A stretch of DNA of 62,365 nt, the filler included, from Collodictyon triciliatum (taxonomy: Eukaryota), in assembly GCA_043381765.1 (NCBI GenBank). It is 5 parts of 5 records of this genome, joined end to end, with 100 filler letters (N's around TTAATTAATTAA, not from the genome) between each part and the next. Parts side by side here need not be neighbours in the genome. Positions count along the whole stretch, not along the records: positions 32,467 to 48,573 come from JBHJMP010001583.1; 4 more parts are not named here. One strand, written 5' to 3'. A model generated the notes under the pieces. The model was given only the letters and a program-made list of their open reading frames with translations, made no database searches and was not told where the DNA came from. The position numbers were made by a program, and so were the translations under genes. Below are positions 33,298 through 45,800 of this stretch, piece by piece (position 1 is the stretch's first letter; every line of letters starts with the position of its first letter).

Positions 33298-36242
33298 CTA
33301 TGCGTGGTGAATTTCAACAACCCGGCCAATTCCTTTGGTTCGGCCTTCTCGGAAAATCAGACGGTCTCCAATGCTAAGAAACTCTGGGGTGTACATGAAG
33401 CGGAAGCGGACATGGGAGCGGTCGCCTGTCCGGAGAAGCTCCTTGTCCATGCTGATGATCTGGCGAGGCAGCGTGCGACGACATATCAAAATCAATATAA
33501 AGAAACCCGATGTATTATTTTGGAATTTTTATCTTTTTATTAAAATATAACTACATTATCAGAAATGTCTCAAGAAAAAAAAAACTGCGGTGATGAAGAT
33601 GCTTGAGAATATATGTCCAGAAAATGATGATGGTCGATATCATCACGGGCACGCACCTTGGCAGACTGTCGTATTGTGAAGCAGTGGATGACAGGCTGAT
33701 AGTTTGGCTGGATGGTAGTCGGGTGATGGAGAATCAAGACTTCAGCAGTGAACTCCCACGCAGCACGCGGGCGGACAATTGTGTCAATGAGAACCATTCC
33801 CTGTGGTGCGTCATAATAAAATACACTCGATGAGAATGAGTTTCATTTCTTTCCGTATGAAAAGGCGTTCTAGTGATAATAAAAATCATGCTTCTGCCTG
33901 GCTGCATGAAAATATTCTCTCACCGGAAGAAAAGAAAACAATATATTCAGCAGTTACCTTTCTGATGAAGGAGCGCTTGATTTTCTTCAACGCAAAGCTG
34001 GCTGTCTGGCCAGCTGTGACAGACTTGACTGGGACACGTCTTGTGTGAATGCTTTTGATTTGCACTGGAGTGAATAGTCCTATGGTATCAGGACCCAATA
34101 GCAGCGTGTCGTTGACATTGATTGTCCCACTCACCATTGTCCCAGCCACTATAGTCCCAACACCTAGCCATCCACAGTGAAGGCAATATGAAGACAGGGT
34201 CAGTATAGGTGAATCACAAATTTGGTCCCGCTCTCAACCTCAAATAAGGAGAGAAAAGATACAGCTGTGTAATGGTTAATTTAATTGGTTCTTCTCTTAA
34301 GAAAAAAAAAACATAGAGAAGATGAAACGTGAAAAATTGATACAGAATCTGCAAGCACAGAACCTGTGACGTTAAAGTCCTCATCAATTAAGAAATGTGC
34401 GTGTGTCGCTTCTCTCTTAATCCAATCCCGTCGCGGAGGCAGAAGGTTCAAAAATTTCTTGAGAAGGTCAAGTCCCTCTCCAGTGACATTGGATACTTGG
34501 AAAATGGGTGCGATGCGGTCATTGGCGATGATTTTAGAATTTGTTACTACATCTTCTTCGTTGCGAATCATGACAGGTATTTTCTTAGCTCCGTTACTCT
34601 ACAATTCAGAATGTACATTAATTCCAAAGTAAAATTAAAACTTAAAACTGAAAGAGAATGCTCGTAAAATTAAAAAAAGGAGTGCGTGGTTATCCCGCCA
34701 ATATATTGAATAATACTTTCAGCAGCTTGGTGATGTGCTCAACTGTTGTTTGCTTCACATGCTCGGGTGCTATGTCAATCTATGAAAAGAAGAAATCCCC
34801 AAAATTTTATTATGCGCTATTGGGAGGTAAACATCATCTGAATAATCGTGGATGCGTGGAATATGTGCGCCTTTGGTTTTTCTTTTATATAAAGTCTAAG
34901 TAGGAGGGCATCGATATGGCGCGCATAATTTTAGGCATTCACTAACCTTGGTAAGTAAAATAATCAAAGGGACTTTCAAGGCAAGCGAAATCCCCATAAA
35001 TTCTCTGGTCATTTTTGTGACCCCCATGTTAGACCCTACAGCCACTATGGTATAATCTGGCTGTTGGCAAAGCCCAAAGACTGTCGTCTGGATATAAAAA
35101 AGAAAATTAAATTTCACAACTGGGTTATTGATAAAATGTGGCATACAGCTCACAATAAGCGATCAGTTAGGGTTTACCTTGAGATATTTTTCATGTCCCG
35201 CTAAATCCACGAATGAGATGAGCTTAGCGCTCTGCTCGGCAAGCTCAACCCAACTCGGCGAACGGAGGGATAATTTTGAATTCACGCATTCACCACGGGA
35301 ATCGAATCCTAGAATTTGGTGGCTGAGAGACGAGGTCCTGCCAGTTTCAATCTGGTGTTTGATCGGGGAGTGATGATTAGATAAAGCGAATATCCCTTCG
35401 TTAACTTTACGATACGACGGTATTGGCTTGGTTGTCAGCGTTTCAAACCATCCCAATCTACAGGTATTGTAAGAAACATATGGACATTATAAACCTCGTG
35501 TCTGTGTCGAAAAACATTTGCACGTGCTGAACCGCGTCCGTTGTCTAGGTCTCCACGAGTCAGAACGCCGATTAGTGTGCTTTTTCCACTGTCAACGTTT
35601 CCTGCCACTGCAACTTTAATGTCCATGAAGATCCCTTGGTCGGCAATTTGGCGGCGAACAAGAATCTTGTATAAGTAGATATTTTTAACAATGGTTCTTA
35701 ACCCGACTAAAATCAGGTACAATTACAAACGATAAAAACCAAAAATGAAAATGAACATCGATTTTTTCAATGTTTACTTGAGCAGATTCCTTTCCATCTT
35801 TGACAGCCCTTTTTAGCAACACAGTGACGTCGGAGTTCAACTGCTTGGCCATTTTTTGGAGAGTATCGATAGATTGCTTCATCTGTTCAGTGGTTATTCC
35901 ACGAACAATCCCATCATCCTCAACTCCAATTTCATAAATAGCTTCTCCCTGGAAAAGGAAATACATAGAATGTTGTAAATTATTCGGAATATTAGAGAAA
36001 GACAATCAACATGATTTGTCAAACCGAGTCATTTTATATTAATGTTGTAAAAGATGTGCTAATTAAACAAAGTTGACCTGTCCCTCATCCAGACGCCAGT
36101 TCATCTGGGTCACAAGATGTACTAAACGCTCTGGGGTGGGTTCACATAACTGGAGCTTGTATTCAACATTTCCTTCTTGGGGTTCCGGTTCGATAGTCTC
36201 CAAAGCCTCGGATTCTTTCCCAGAAGACTCCGCCACGCACAT
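33298..36242 (-). CDS. GTPBP2: Translational GTPase GTPBP1/GTPBP2 family, multi-exon
   Basis: [99 protein letters not shown] and [14 protein letters not shown] at 33298. GTPBP1 versus GTPBP2 is not resolved. Confidence 0.93.
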
Positions 36243-38275
36243 GTGAGAGAGTTCTTTTGCAAGCACTTCAGTCTGACTTGGTTCGCTTTGCTCTATTTGT
36301 TCAAGTTAGTCAATATATGAATAAGCTATTGTTGCTTTTTTTTTTCTTGATTTTTTTCAAAATAAAGACATCCAGTGGCTCTAAACTGGCTGATATGTGT
36401 GCAAACTTACGACTAGAATTCTCAGGGTTTTCCATCGGTTTTGTCTATTATAGTTATTTGAAGGTGCGAGAGGGTACGAGAGTGTTTCGGTTTTGTTTTT
36501 CAAGGCAAAAATCAGCTGAAAATACTCAACGAGGCCTTGATTTGAGCTTCTTTGTTTGCGTTTGTTTTGGAAAGGGTGAGGCTGGGTTAAAAATATCCCG
36601 AAAGTGAAAGAAGAGAAGATGTCCAAAAATGATACAAAACTTTTTTTTCGAGTTGAAGTCAAGGGAAGAAAAAAATGACTGTGAATTCGACGATAAGTTT
36701 TTGTCCGTGGTTTAGAACGATGGCAAGAAGACAAAATATAGTGTGTCACAAGCCCTAATTGAACGATGATAGGTTGTCGACACAAAGGGAAGAGGAAAAG
36801 ATAAGGATAGATGAAGTGCTTCAAGAGTAAAATAGCACACAGAAACTATGCAAAAGCGCTTGAGAAGCAAAAGTGGTGTATTATACTATGCTCGGGTTGT
36901 GTGTGGATGTATAGTAAAGAAACTTGTACAAAGTGTCGCATGTCTTTTGAAAGCAGGTAACGCTCCTTCAAAGAGAAAGATTCATGCAAAACTGACAACT
37001 TTTCCCCCAGGAGCTGTAATACGTTTTTCAGTTTAGTAGATTATTCTTAAGTTCGCTAACAACTGCAGGTATACTGAACTTGATGATCAGCAATATGATG
37101 ACAATTGCATATTCTAAGCCGCACAATTATAACAAAAATCGGTGAAAAGATATTACACATACGGGTTTAGAAGCTCATTTTGCTGGCCGGGTGGGCACAG
37201 GCACAAACGGGTCTACGAAAAACGAAAAAAACCGTGGCAATAGCCCGCGGACGAACAAGGAAGCCTCGACTGGTCAGAACAACCCGGGAGGAGAGAAATG
37301 GTCCCGTAAAGGTTGATGCGTGTCTGATGTAGTTAAACTTTATGCGGTGATGCCTTGAGGGTTTTGGCTATGCTTATGTTTCAATGGCCCCGGCTGGATG
37401 ATTGATTCTTGTGGGGTTGCAAGGACTGCGAGTAGGCTGTGTGGAAATCCCTTGGTCTTCTGTGCCAAGGAAATCGGCTATTAGTTGCTGTACCAATTCT
37501 GTGTGAAAGTATGTGTATTGCCTGACTTAAAAGAGAGTGAGTGGAGGACTATTTGAGAGACGAGAATCGACACGGCGGGAGGGGTGTGTAGTGACTCAGC
37601 GATGCTTGGGTTATCATCGGGGAGAAGCCATTAACTCCGGCGATATTTGGGGTCTTTGAGACTCGCGTACTTCAATGAGCGAACGAACTCAATTGTGCAG
37701 TCCGATGTCTCTTTGCAATCTGCGCCTTTCTGTCCACTCTCATCTTGGGAAGAAAGCTGTTTGCGCTCGAGAAGCAGTGAAACCACACAGGAAACTGATT
37801 GAATCAAAAGACGGAACTATGATCGCAAGTATTTTTTTGCTTAAGAACCCGATCAGCTTCAGATTTGCTATCGAAAATTATTCGACTGCTGTCTACTTCT
37901 GGAATGAGCCTTTCCGTTTTCCAAGAACGTTCCCGACAGTTGGTTCCAGATATATGTCCAAATGCAACTTTTTCTATTTAGTATATTGTAAATTCGTCTA
38001 GATATAGATATTGTTCGGATGGAAGGTATCTTTTCCGTGCTATAACCTGCTAAGGAAAAAACCAGAAATATTCTCAGTGTGTTCCTCTAAAAAATGCACA
38101 CAGAGATATATTTTCCTGATTTCTTGACTATATTTCCACGTCTAAATATCTAAAACTGCACTTATTTGGATACATTTAACTATATACTTATATATTCCAT
38201 ATATGTATTAAAGACTGCGGCCGCTGGAAGGTCTCGTTTCATTACAATTTTCATGTCATTTCAACACTGTTCAGT

Positions 38276-39541
38276 TTATTTGGGTGCTTTCTTGGCGTTG
38301 TCCGGATTTCGTGATTTCTGAGGCATCAGATTAAAGAGTTGTTGGTGAGCCATGAAACAATCACAAGCACTTGATAGAGACAGGAATGGGTGGATAATAT
38401 GTGTATTTTTAAAATTAAAAAACCACCATCAATGCGGCGACTGATTGCTTGTTGTACGAATCTATGGCGTCATCCTCTGGGATTTTCAGAAACTTCTCTG
38501 GGACCTCTGATATAACGCCGATAAAAATGATTTCAATCGTGCTTTCAGAATTTTGTAAATGTATGTAAATCAATCAGTCAATAGCATGAAAGTGTAAGAA
38601 AGGAATAAACCTGTATCACAAAGGAGGTGCATGTATTTCTTCTCTGGAAACAAATGATGGATGAAGGATTCTTTTGACTCAGAGACATACTTTTTCCTAG
38701 ATACCTGTGTTGAATCGGAGGACAAATATGCCGTTATCAGATATGCCGATAGCGAATACATGATTGTAGTATTGTCGATTGCCTACCTTTTTTGGGTCCT
38801 CTTCTTGTTGTTTCTTCACACATCTGTCATAAGCTTCCTTGTACTCTGGCAGGTTGTTGGACAGTTCACAGGCTTTTTGATAGAATATGATAGCGTGTGC
38901 GTAGCTATTTTTTCAATAGGTATTTCAACATTCGTACACATATATTGTAGAGGAAAAAAAAACTATGTCAAAAATGTTGCTATTTTTCAAGACCAGCTCT
39001 CAAACAACAGGAGGGGAAAGAAAAATGTAAAACAAGTCACCTCTGTAATGCGTAGATACATTCAGCTTTCAAAAACAGGCCCTGTGTGGAAATCATTTGA
39101 GCGCTAAAGCGTAACCCTCACAAATACGATGGGAACCAATCTCAAAAACTACATATCAATAACAGAAAAAGCCTTAAAACCTCTGGATCATTTGGCTCCA
39201 GCTCCAAGGCCAGCTCTGTATCTACAAGTGCGAGTTGGTAAAAATTCATGGCCAGGAAGGATCGTGCGCGCAACTTGAAGATGGATGGATCTCGGGACTC
39301 GACCTGAAGTGCCTTCAATATTGGATCAGAAGAGGGGTTCATTCGATTGAAATCAAAGCAAAACCTGTTCTCTTTTGAAGAACGACACGTGGAATAAAAG
39401 AGAGGAACTTTGTGCGGTGGAAAAGGCTACCTTGCAGAACGAGTTGCATGCTTTCTCCCACTCCCTCTTTTCCATGAAGGATACTCCTGTCCGGATGTAA
39501 GCAGAGAGAAACAACTCCTCGCTTTTTTCTTGCTTGGCCAT
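38276..39541 (-). CDS. Small three-TPR protein (STI1/TTC25-type TPR block), multi-exon
   Basis: Spliced TGVSFMEKREWEKACNSFCK|ALQVESRDPSIFKLRARSFLAMNFYQLALVDTELALELEPNDPE|GLFLKAECIYALQ|..YAHAIIFYQKACELS. The start could lie upstream at 39859; the last exons are tentative. Confidence 0.7.
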
Positions 39542-40236
39542 GGCTTTCCGCTTGGATAGAATGGTTCTGTTCTGCTTTGGCTTTTCTTTTCTTTCGGTCT
39601 TCCGATTTTGCCCACCTGTTGTGAGGGAATGAAATGACTCGATGGATACGTTCTCTCTGTTCACTTGCATGAAGACCAAACAGTAAGCGTCCTTCCATGG
39701 TTTCTTCTCGTCCGCGTTCGGTAACCTTCCGTCATGATCCCTCTTTTCGTGATCATTGCTTCGCTGTTGGGTCGCCCACCGCAAGCCGATTGATTCTGTA
39801 ACGGCCATCCCGATCTGGGCCACGGAATCGTTATGTGGGGTAATCGAATCTGGATTCATCCAATAGCGGAAAATATACTCCTTTCTTTTGCGGCCATTAA
39901 AAAGACTGCCTTCTGTGCTTTTCAGATCGCAAGAAAAAGCTGGTTCGTCTGTAGTGTGTGGGTCAATGTGGCAATATAGCTGATGCAGAGAAACTGGGCT
40001 ATAAGATATTATAATCGTAACGCGCAGTTTATATTGATTTTACAAGAAGTTTAACCCGAGGGAATGATACTGCCTGCTGCTATCAGCTCTCTAAAACACT
40101 TGGCTGGCAGGGTCTGCTGGCTGGTTGGACTTTTCCGGTTTGCTTGCTGGTCTTTGTGATGAGCCATAACGCCCAAGGTTACAGCCAGCAAAGGTATGGG
40201 TTCATTCCGAGTCACTTTCTAACATGATACGGATTC

Positions 40237-42384
40237 ATGCAAAGATGTCCTGGTCGAATGTGTTATAGTTATCGAATATTGAGAAATGTTGAAGACAGAT
40301 CGATAGCACTTGTATCGCGTAGCACACTTTCAACTTTCTCTCTCTCTTTCCTTTCGTCCTATTCGGCGAATGTCTGCAGGACCTCACGAAACACCATCCC
40401 TTCGCATCGTACTTGCCTTATAGTACTGGGATTACTGGCATCTATTATATTTATTCATCCCATTTTTGTATTCCACCGTGGGTTTTCAAGCGATAATAAC
40501 GCTTCGGTCGAGATTGAGCATCTCAATGAAAGAAAAGGCAAGCCTAGAACGACCATGCAGACCCAAGACTCATTTTTTTTAGGGAAGCAAACCGTATCTC
40601 CCACTCCTCACCAACTTTTGGTCGGAGAGGAATCTACTATTGATCGCCTATCTTCAAAGACAAAGAAGAAAAACGGACAAACAGTTAGAAAAATCAAGAA
40701 AGAAGAGGCTCACCCAAAAGATAAGGAGACAATACAGCTGACTGAATATGCATCACTAAATTCTAACTATCGTGATTGGGAAGACTTGTATGTCATACAA
40801 TTCCAGAAGCCTATCGAGGAGAAAGAATTAAATGGGCTGTCGAAGCTCACACCAAAAAGTGGTTCGTGTGTGCTTGATTGCGCTATTAAAAGTCCAATAT
40901 ATCTTCGCACCAAAATGCGAAAAAGGGATGAGCGAAAACTTGGTAATCAAGGCCCCGATGGAAGGTTTGCGATAATGTGCCACTTTAAAAGAAGAGGCTC
41001 TTCAAACCGAACATCCTTGGCTGGGTGGGTATCAGCTGATGGTTGGTTTGAATGCCCATCTCCCCCACAAGTTGACTGTACTGGACATTCAACCAATCGT
41101 TGGGACATCAAATTAAACTTAACGGGTAGCCATACGAGTTTTCACATTTATTACCCAGCACGTACCGAGCAACGGCCATTTCATGTATCTTCTATCCACT
41201 GGTATAATACATCAAACCCATCTAACTCTTCGACACAATTTTTTTTGTCCAATGACGATGATGAAATTCAACACATACCTGTCTACGCAGACAAGTTGTT
41301 ACAAGTGGTATCTTTCTTCCTGCCGTCAGAGATTCACGGAAATGAATGCAATATACTTTGGTGTCGCTTGAAGAGTCCGAGCGGGATTATCTACACAAGC
41401 AAGTCACTTCTTGGTGACGTTTCATTTGCCTTCTGCTCTATCCCGTCATTGGTTGAAATATATTCAATCGATAAATGGTATGTTTCTCTCGCATACCATC
41501 ATCGTTTTGTCACTCCATGGGCACCCATAGTGGCTGCAGCTATGGTGCTGGTACGAAAAAAAGCAACCATGACTATTTGCGCCATAGTCAAGAACGAGGG
41601 ACATTATTTACACGAATGGATTGAATATCATCGTATTGTTGGGGTCGACCAATTTATTTTGTATGATAATAACTTTGCTATGAATGGGACCTTTATGGTC
41701 GACCATGTAATGGAGAAAGTAATAAAACTGTATAAGGAAGAGATCATCAGAGTCCCTTGGATTCATCGCCATGGCCAGACAGAGGCACTCACCGATTGTA
41801 TCGTTCGGTTCGGGAACTCAACAAAATGGATGGGATTCATTGATGTTGATGAGTTCTTTGTGCCCATTCTCGGGGGTATCAGAAACTCTCTCAAGAATGT
41901 CTTGGAGCAATACGATTCGATACCCACCACTCTAAATGCGGATTGGTTTGTTTTCGGACCATGTGGGCAATCGTCTCCTCCTGTCGCTTCCTTGACTATG
42001 GAATATTGCAACAACACCCAGGAAAATCCCGAAATGATTCACAAACCAATATTTTTCCCAAAAGATTCTGTCGGGGTGCGAGCTTTCGGTCCCCATTACA
42101 TCCGATCGAAAAGCGATGTTGGAAAAAAAGGACACAGTCCATCGAAAAATATATCCAAAGACCTTAGGGTTTATCATTACCGGTATCGCTCGTGGCCTGA
42201 ATTTCGAGAGAAGAGAGTTGGAGACACAGCCGGCCGTATCCTGCATCGCTCTAGCAAGGATGTCCAAGAAATGTGGGAGGAGGGACTGAAAGGCCCGATT
42301 CCTGTGGAGCCGCACCAAAACCACATCCTACGGTATGGGCCCGAACTTCGTCGCAGATTGGAACAAGTTGGTTGGATTCGATAG
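40237..42384 (+). CDS. Glycosyltransferase family 92 (DUF23)-like type II membrane protein, intronless
   Basis: N-terminal TM segment LIVLGLLASIIFIHPIFVF; catalytic region TICAIVKNEGHYLHEWIEYHRIVGVDQFILYDNN, WMGFIDVDEF (DxD) and VYHYRYRSWPEFREK. Confidence 0.88.
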   Translation: MQRCPGRMCYSYRILRNVEDRSIALVSRSTLSTFSLSFLSSYSANVCRTSRNTIPSHRTCLIVLGLLASIIFIHPIFVFHRGFSSDNNASVEIEHLNERKGKPRTTMQTQDSFFLGKQTVSPTPHQLLVGEESTIDRLSSKTKKKNGQTVRKIKKEEAHPKDKETIQLTEYASLNSNYRDWEDLYVIQFQKPIEEKELNGLSKLTPKSGSCVLDCAIKSPIYLRTKMRKRDERKLGNQGPDGRFAIMCHFKRRGSSNRTSLAGWVSADGWFECPSPPQVDCTGHSTNRWDIKLNLTGSHTSFHIYYPARTEQRPFHVSSIHWYNTSNPSNSSTQFFLSNDDDEIQHIPVYADKLLQVVSFFLPSEIHGNECNILWCRLKSPSGIIYTSKSLLGDVSFAFCSIPSLVEIYSIDKWYVSLAYHHRFVTPWAPIVAAAMVLVRKKATMTICAIVKNEGHYLHEWIEYHRIVGVDQFILYDNNFAMNGTFMVDHVMEKVIKLYKEEIIRVPWIHRHGQTEALTDCIVRFGNSTKWMGFIDVDEFFVPILGGIRNSLKNVLEQYDSIPTTLNADWFVFGPCGQSSPPVASLTMEYCNNTQENPEMIHKPIFFPKDSVGVRAFGPHYIRSKSDVGKKGHSPSKNISKDLRVYHYRYRSWPEFREKRVGDTAGRILHRSSKDVQEMWEEGLKGPIPVEPHQNHILRYGPELRRRLEQVGWIR

Positions 42385-42824
42385 GTCGAGCTGAGTCTTT
42401 CGACGGCGATCCTGTCCAAATATTTTGTGATGGACAAGTTGCGGATACATTATCAAGAATACATTTAATTTGCTTATGGCTTTAGCCCTTTTTTGTTTGT
42501 TTGTTATTTGGTGGCAACTCGAGTTCAAGTTAAGATTATAAGTTCCGCATATGGATAAACGAATTTTGATCACAATCATGAAAATATCTCAAACTCTTTC
42601 AATCACGAAGCTCTTCCAAACAGCAGCCACCAAACCTGCCCAACACAACGAGAAGGAGGGCGAATCTAAAGTGATAGCAGTGACAGACGAATATATATAT
42701 TTGAAAAACCTAAGCGCTGTTTTTTTTTCTCTCTCTCCCTCTTCTCTACATTTCCCCGGCTTTGCTCAATCAGAGTTCTCGATCGATTTTCTAAATAAAA
42801 TTGGACGTTAGAGACTCGCTAGGC

Positions 42825-45800
42825 ATGGCCGACTTGACTCCGCCAGGAGACGATGGGTTTGTTTTCCTGAATCATCGTCGTGATTGGAAGTGAATATGTT
42901 TTCACCATATTCGCCTGAGTTATTCCATTCTTTTCCTCAATACATGGTACTATCAGATATTCCTCTTTCATGCGCAGCGAGGGAAGAAAAAGCAGAGGTT
43001 GCTGAAATAAACTACTTTCGCCTTCGCTGAAACCTTTTTTTTTTTTTTTGTTATTGTTTTTGTCATTATGCATAGACACCAGAATAGGCATGCACTCCAG
43101 GTGAAAAACAAACCTTACCCGAATCCCGTTTTATTATAATTATATACTATGGCTCAAGTATGGCTCTTATTGCATTCATATTCCACCTAACACTGTACCA
43201 AAATATATTTCAAATGATCAACTTCATTATTTTACAAAGTCGACGCAGTAAAGATAAGAAACCCATAATAATTAATCGTCCATCAGACATACTTTCATTC
43301 CACTCGCATACAATAATGTTATTTTTATTTTATTTTATTTTACAAATTAGCCCCCATCTCTGCCTCCAAGACAACCACCCCCAAGTTTGTAAACTAAATC
43401 ACTGTCCTCTTGTGATGCTTCGTAGTGAATAATGTATGTATCGAGTAACACTGGGTATATACATATACATCGATTTGTTTAGTTCATGCCCTTCCCCCTG
43501 GACCACTCCCTGGTTTCCGGCCTCCACCCGGCTTGCTGCCTCCATTTGCGCCATTCGTACCTTTTCCTGGCGCTCCTATGATGCCGTTCCAGCCTATTCA
43601 CCCACCACAGCCAATCCATGCGTTTCCATCACAACCACAACCACCACCACAAGCTCAAGTTCCTGAAACCCCTTCAACCGTGCCGCCTCCGGCATCAAAA
43701 TGGGCCGTACACACCACCCCCGAAGGGAAAAAGTACTATTATAACAAGACTACGAAAGAAACCACGTGGAAAAAACCCGCCGATCTTGCTCAACTTGAGG
43801 TACATAATCGGGTTAATCGATCCTACCCCTCAGCTACTCGCTAGTGTTTTCATTACATTCTGTCAATTAGCCTTATGAATTGTCTAAAGAAAGAAAATTG
43901 AATGCACAGGCTCAAGAAAATCCTGGACACCAACCTAAACCAGTTACATGGTTTGTACCAAAGAAACATAATTACCTTTCTCCTTATATTGCGCGAGTTA
44001 TTGACTTGGCCTACTTGTGTATAATTGAGAACCTATGATTCGTCTTTGTAGGAAAAAAATTGTTGGGACAGATTGGATGAAGGTGGCCACAGACAAAGGG
44101 AAATTTTATTACCATAATACAACAACAAAAGAAACAGTATGGAAGGTGCCTGAGGCAGTGATGCTAGCTGAACAAAACAGTATCATCGATCCAAACACTT
44201 CTGATACGCTGGATAAGGCGAATAATACTTCAGTCCAAAAGTCAGAGATAAGCGAAAAGATAGAAAAGGAATCGAAGGATGAGAAACACGTCCTAGTCAT
44301 CGCATCAGAGCCTTCTCAGATAAATCCGAAAACAAAACCTGCTCCAAAAGAGAAGCTAGTGTCGAATGAAGATGAAGAGGTCTTTGCCGAAGACCATGGC
44401 GATGGTGATGAAGAAAATTACCAATTACATCCACACTTGATGTCGAATAGCGAATCTGAAAATGATTCAGAGGACTCTGCAGAAATACGTGCTAAATTTG
44501 AACGAACCAAAAATCCCTCAAGTGGATCAAAATCTGGAGCAAATGAAAGGTTTCAATTCTTCTTCTTCTTCTTCTTCTTCTTCTTCTTCTTCTTCTTCTT
44601 CTTCTTCTTCTTCTTCTTCTTCTTCTTCTTCTTCTTCTTCTTCTTCTTCTTCTTCTTCTTCTTCTTCTTCTTCTTCTTCTTCTTCTTCTTCTTCTTCTTC
44701 TTCTTCTTCTTCTTCTTCTTCAATTCCCAAAAGAGGTCATGCAGATAATAGGATTTTGTTTCCTCATTGTACCACCAATTATTTAGACTCAATACTAACT
44801 TAATTATCGCATAGTGAAGTAAACAATGTGCTAAATTTGGACATTGAAGAGAGAATCGAAATTTTTAAGGTTATTATTTAATATCTCTATGTTGCTCCGT
44901 ATAATGAATTAAACTCCATTTCGACGTAAACACTGTGTTTGCAGAGCCTCCTCCGGGAAAAGAAGATAAATCAGTTTTCCAAATGGGAAAAGGAGTTGCA
45001 CAAGATTGCTTTTGACTCCCGATATCTAGGTTTTTATTTTTGATTAATGGCTCTTTAGTAGTAACGTACGTTTTTTTTTCCGTTTATATTAGGGAATTCT
45101 TCTTTGTTTTTGCTAAGAAATGTTCATAAAATACAGCTTCAAAAACGGCAATATATTTATTTAACCTGAATCTGGTTTTCTACTCAAAACTTAACTCTTC
45201 GTGTTGATCGTCTAGTTTTACAACAAGAGGATAGAAAAATGGTATTTGAGCATTATGTCAAGAACTACAAGGAAGAAGAGAGAAAAGAAAGACTTGAGAG
45301 ACTTCAAGTAATGGCCAGATGAGGCTTCTATTCTACCTTTTTCTTTATTTTCGTTTTTCTATTAAAAAATAATTCTTTAAGATGCTTTATTCTATACATC
45401 TTCGATTTATCAATTGGATACCTTTTAATTTTTATCACTTTTTAATCATTTGTATCATCCTGTCCAATAGCAAATCTTGTTTTCATAGGCTCTCTCTAAC
45501 AATTGATAAATATTAATAGATTTTGCAAGAAGAATTCAAGGAGTTCTTGGAGGAATTCAAACGCACGTTCACGCACGAAACCACTGTCGAATCTTTGCAG
45601 TCAAAGCACAAGGACGACCCTCGATTCAGCGCTCTCGATAATAAAGAGAAAGCTGCTATGCTTGAAGTATATGTGGCTCCTCTGCGCCAAAAACGCGAAG
45701 AATGTAAGTTTATTGTTATTATTGTTGTTATTATTGTTGTTATTATTGTTGTTATTATTGTTGTTATTATTGTTGTTATTATTGTTGTTATTATTGTTGT

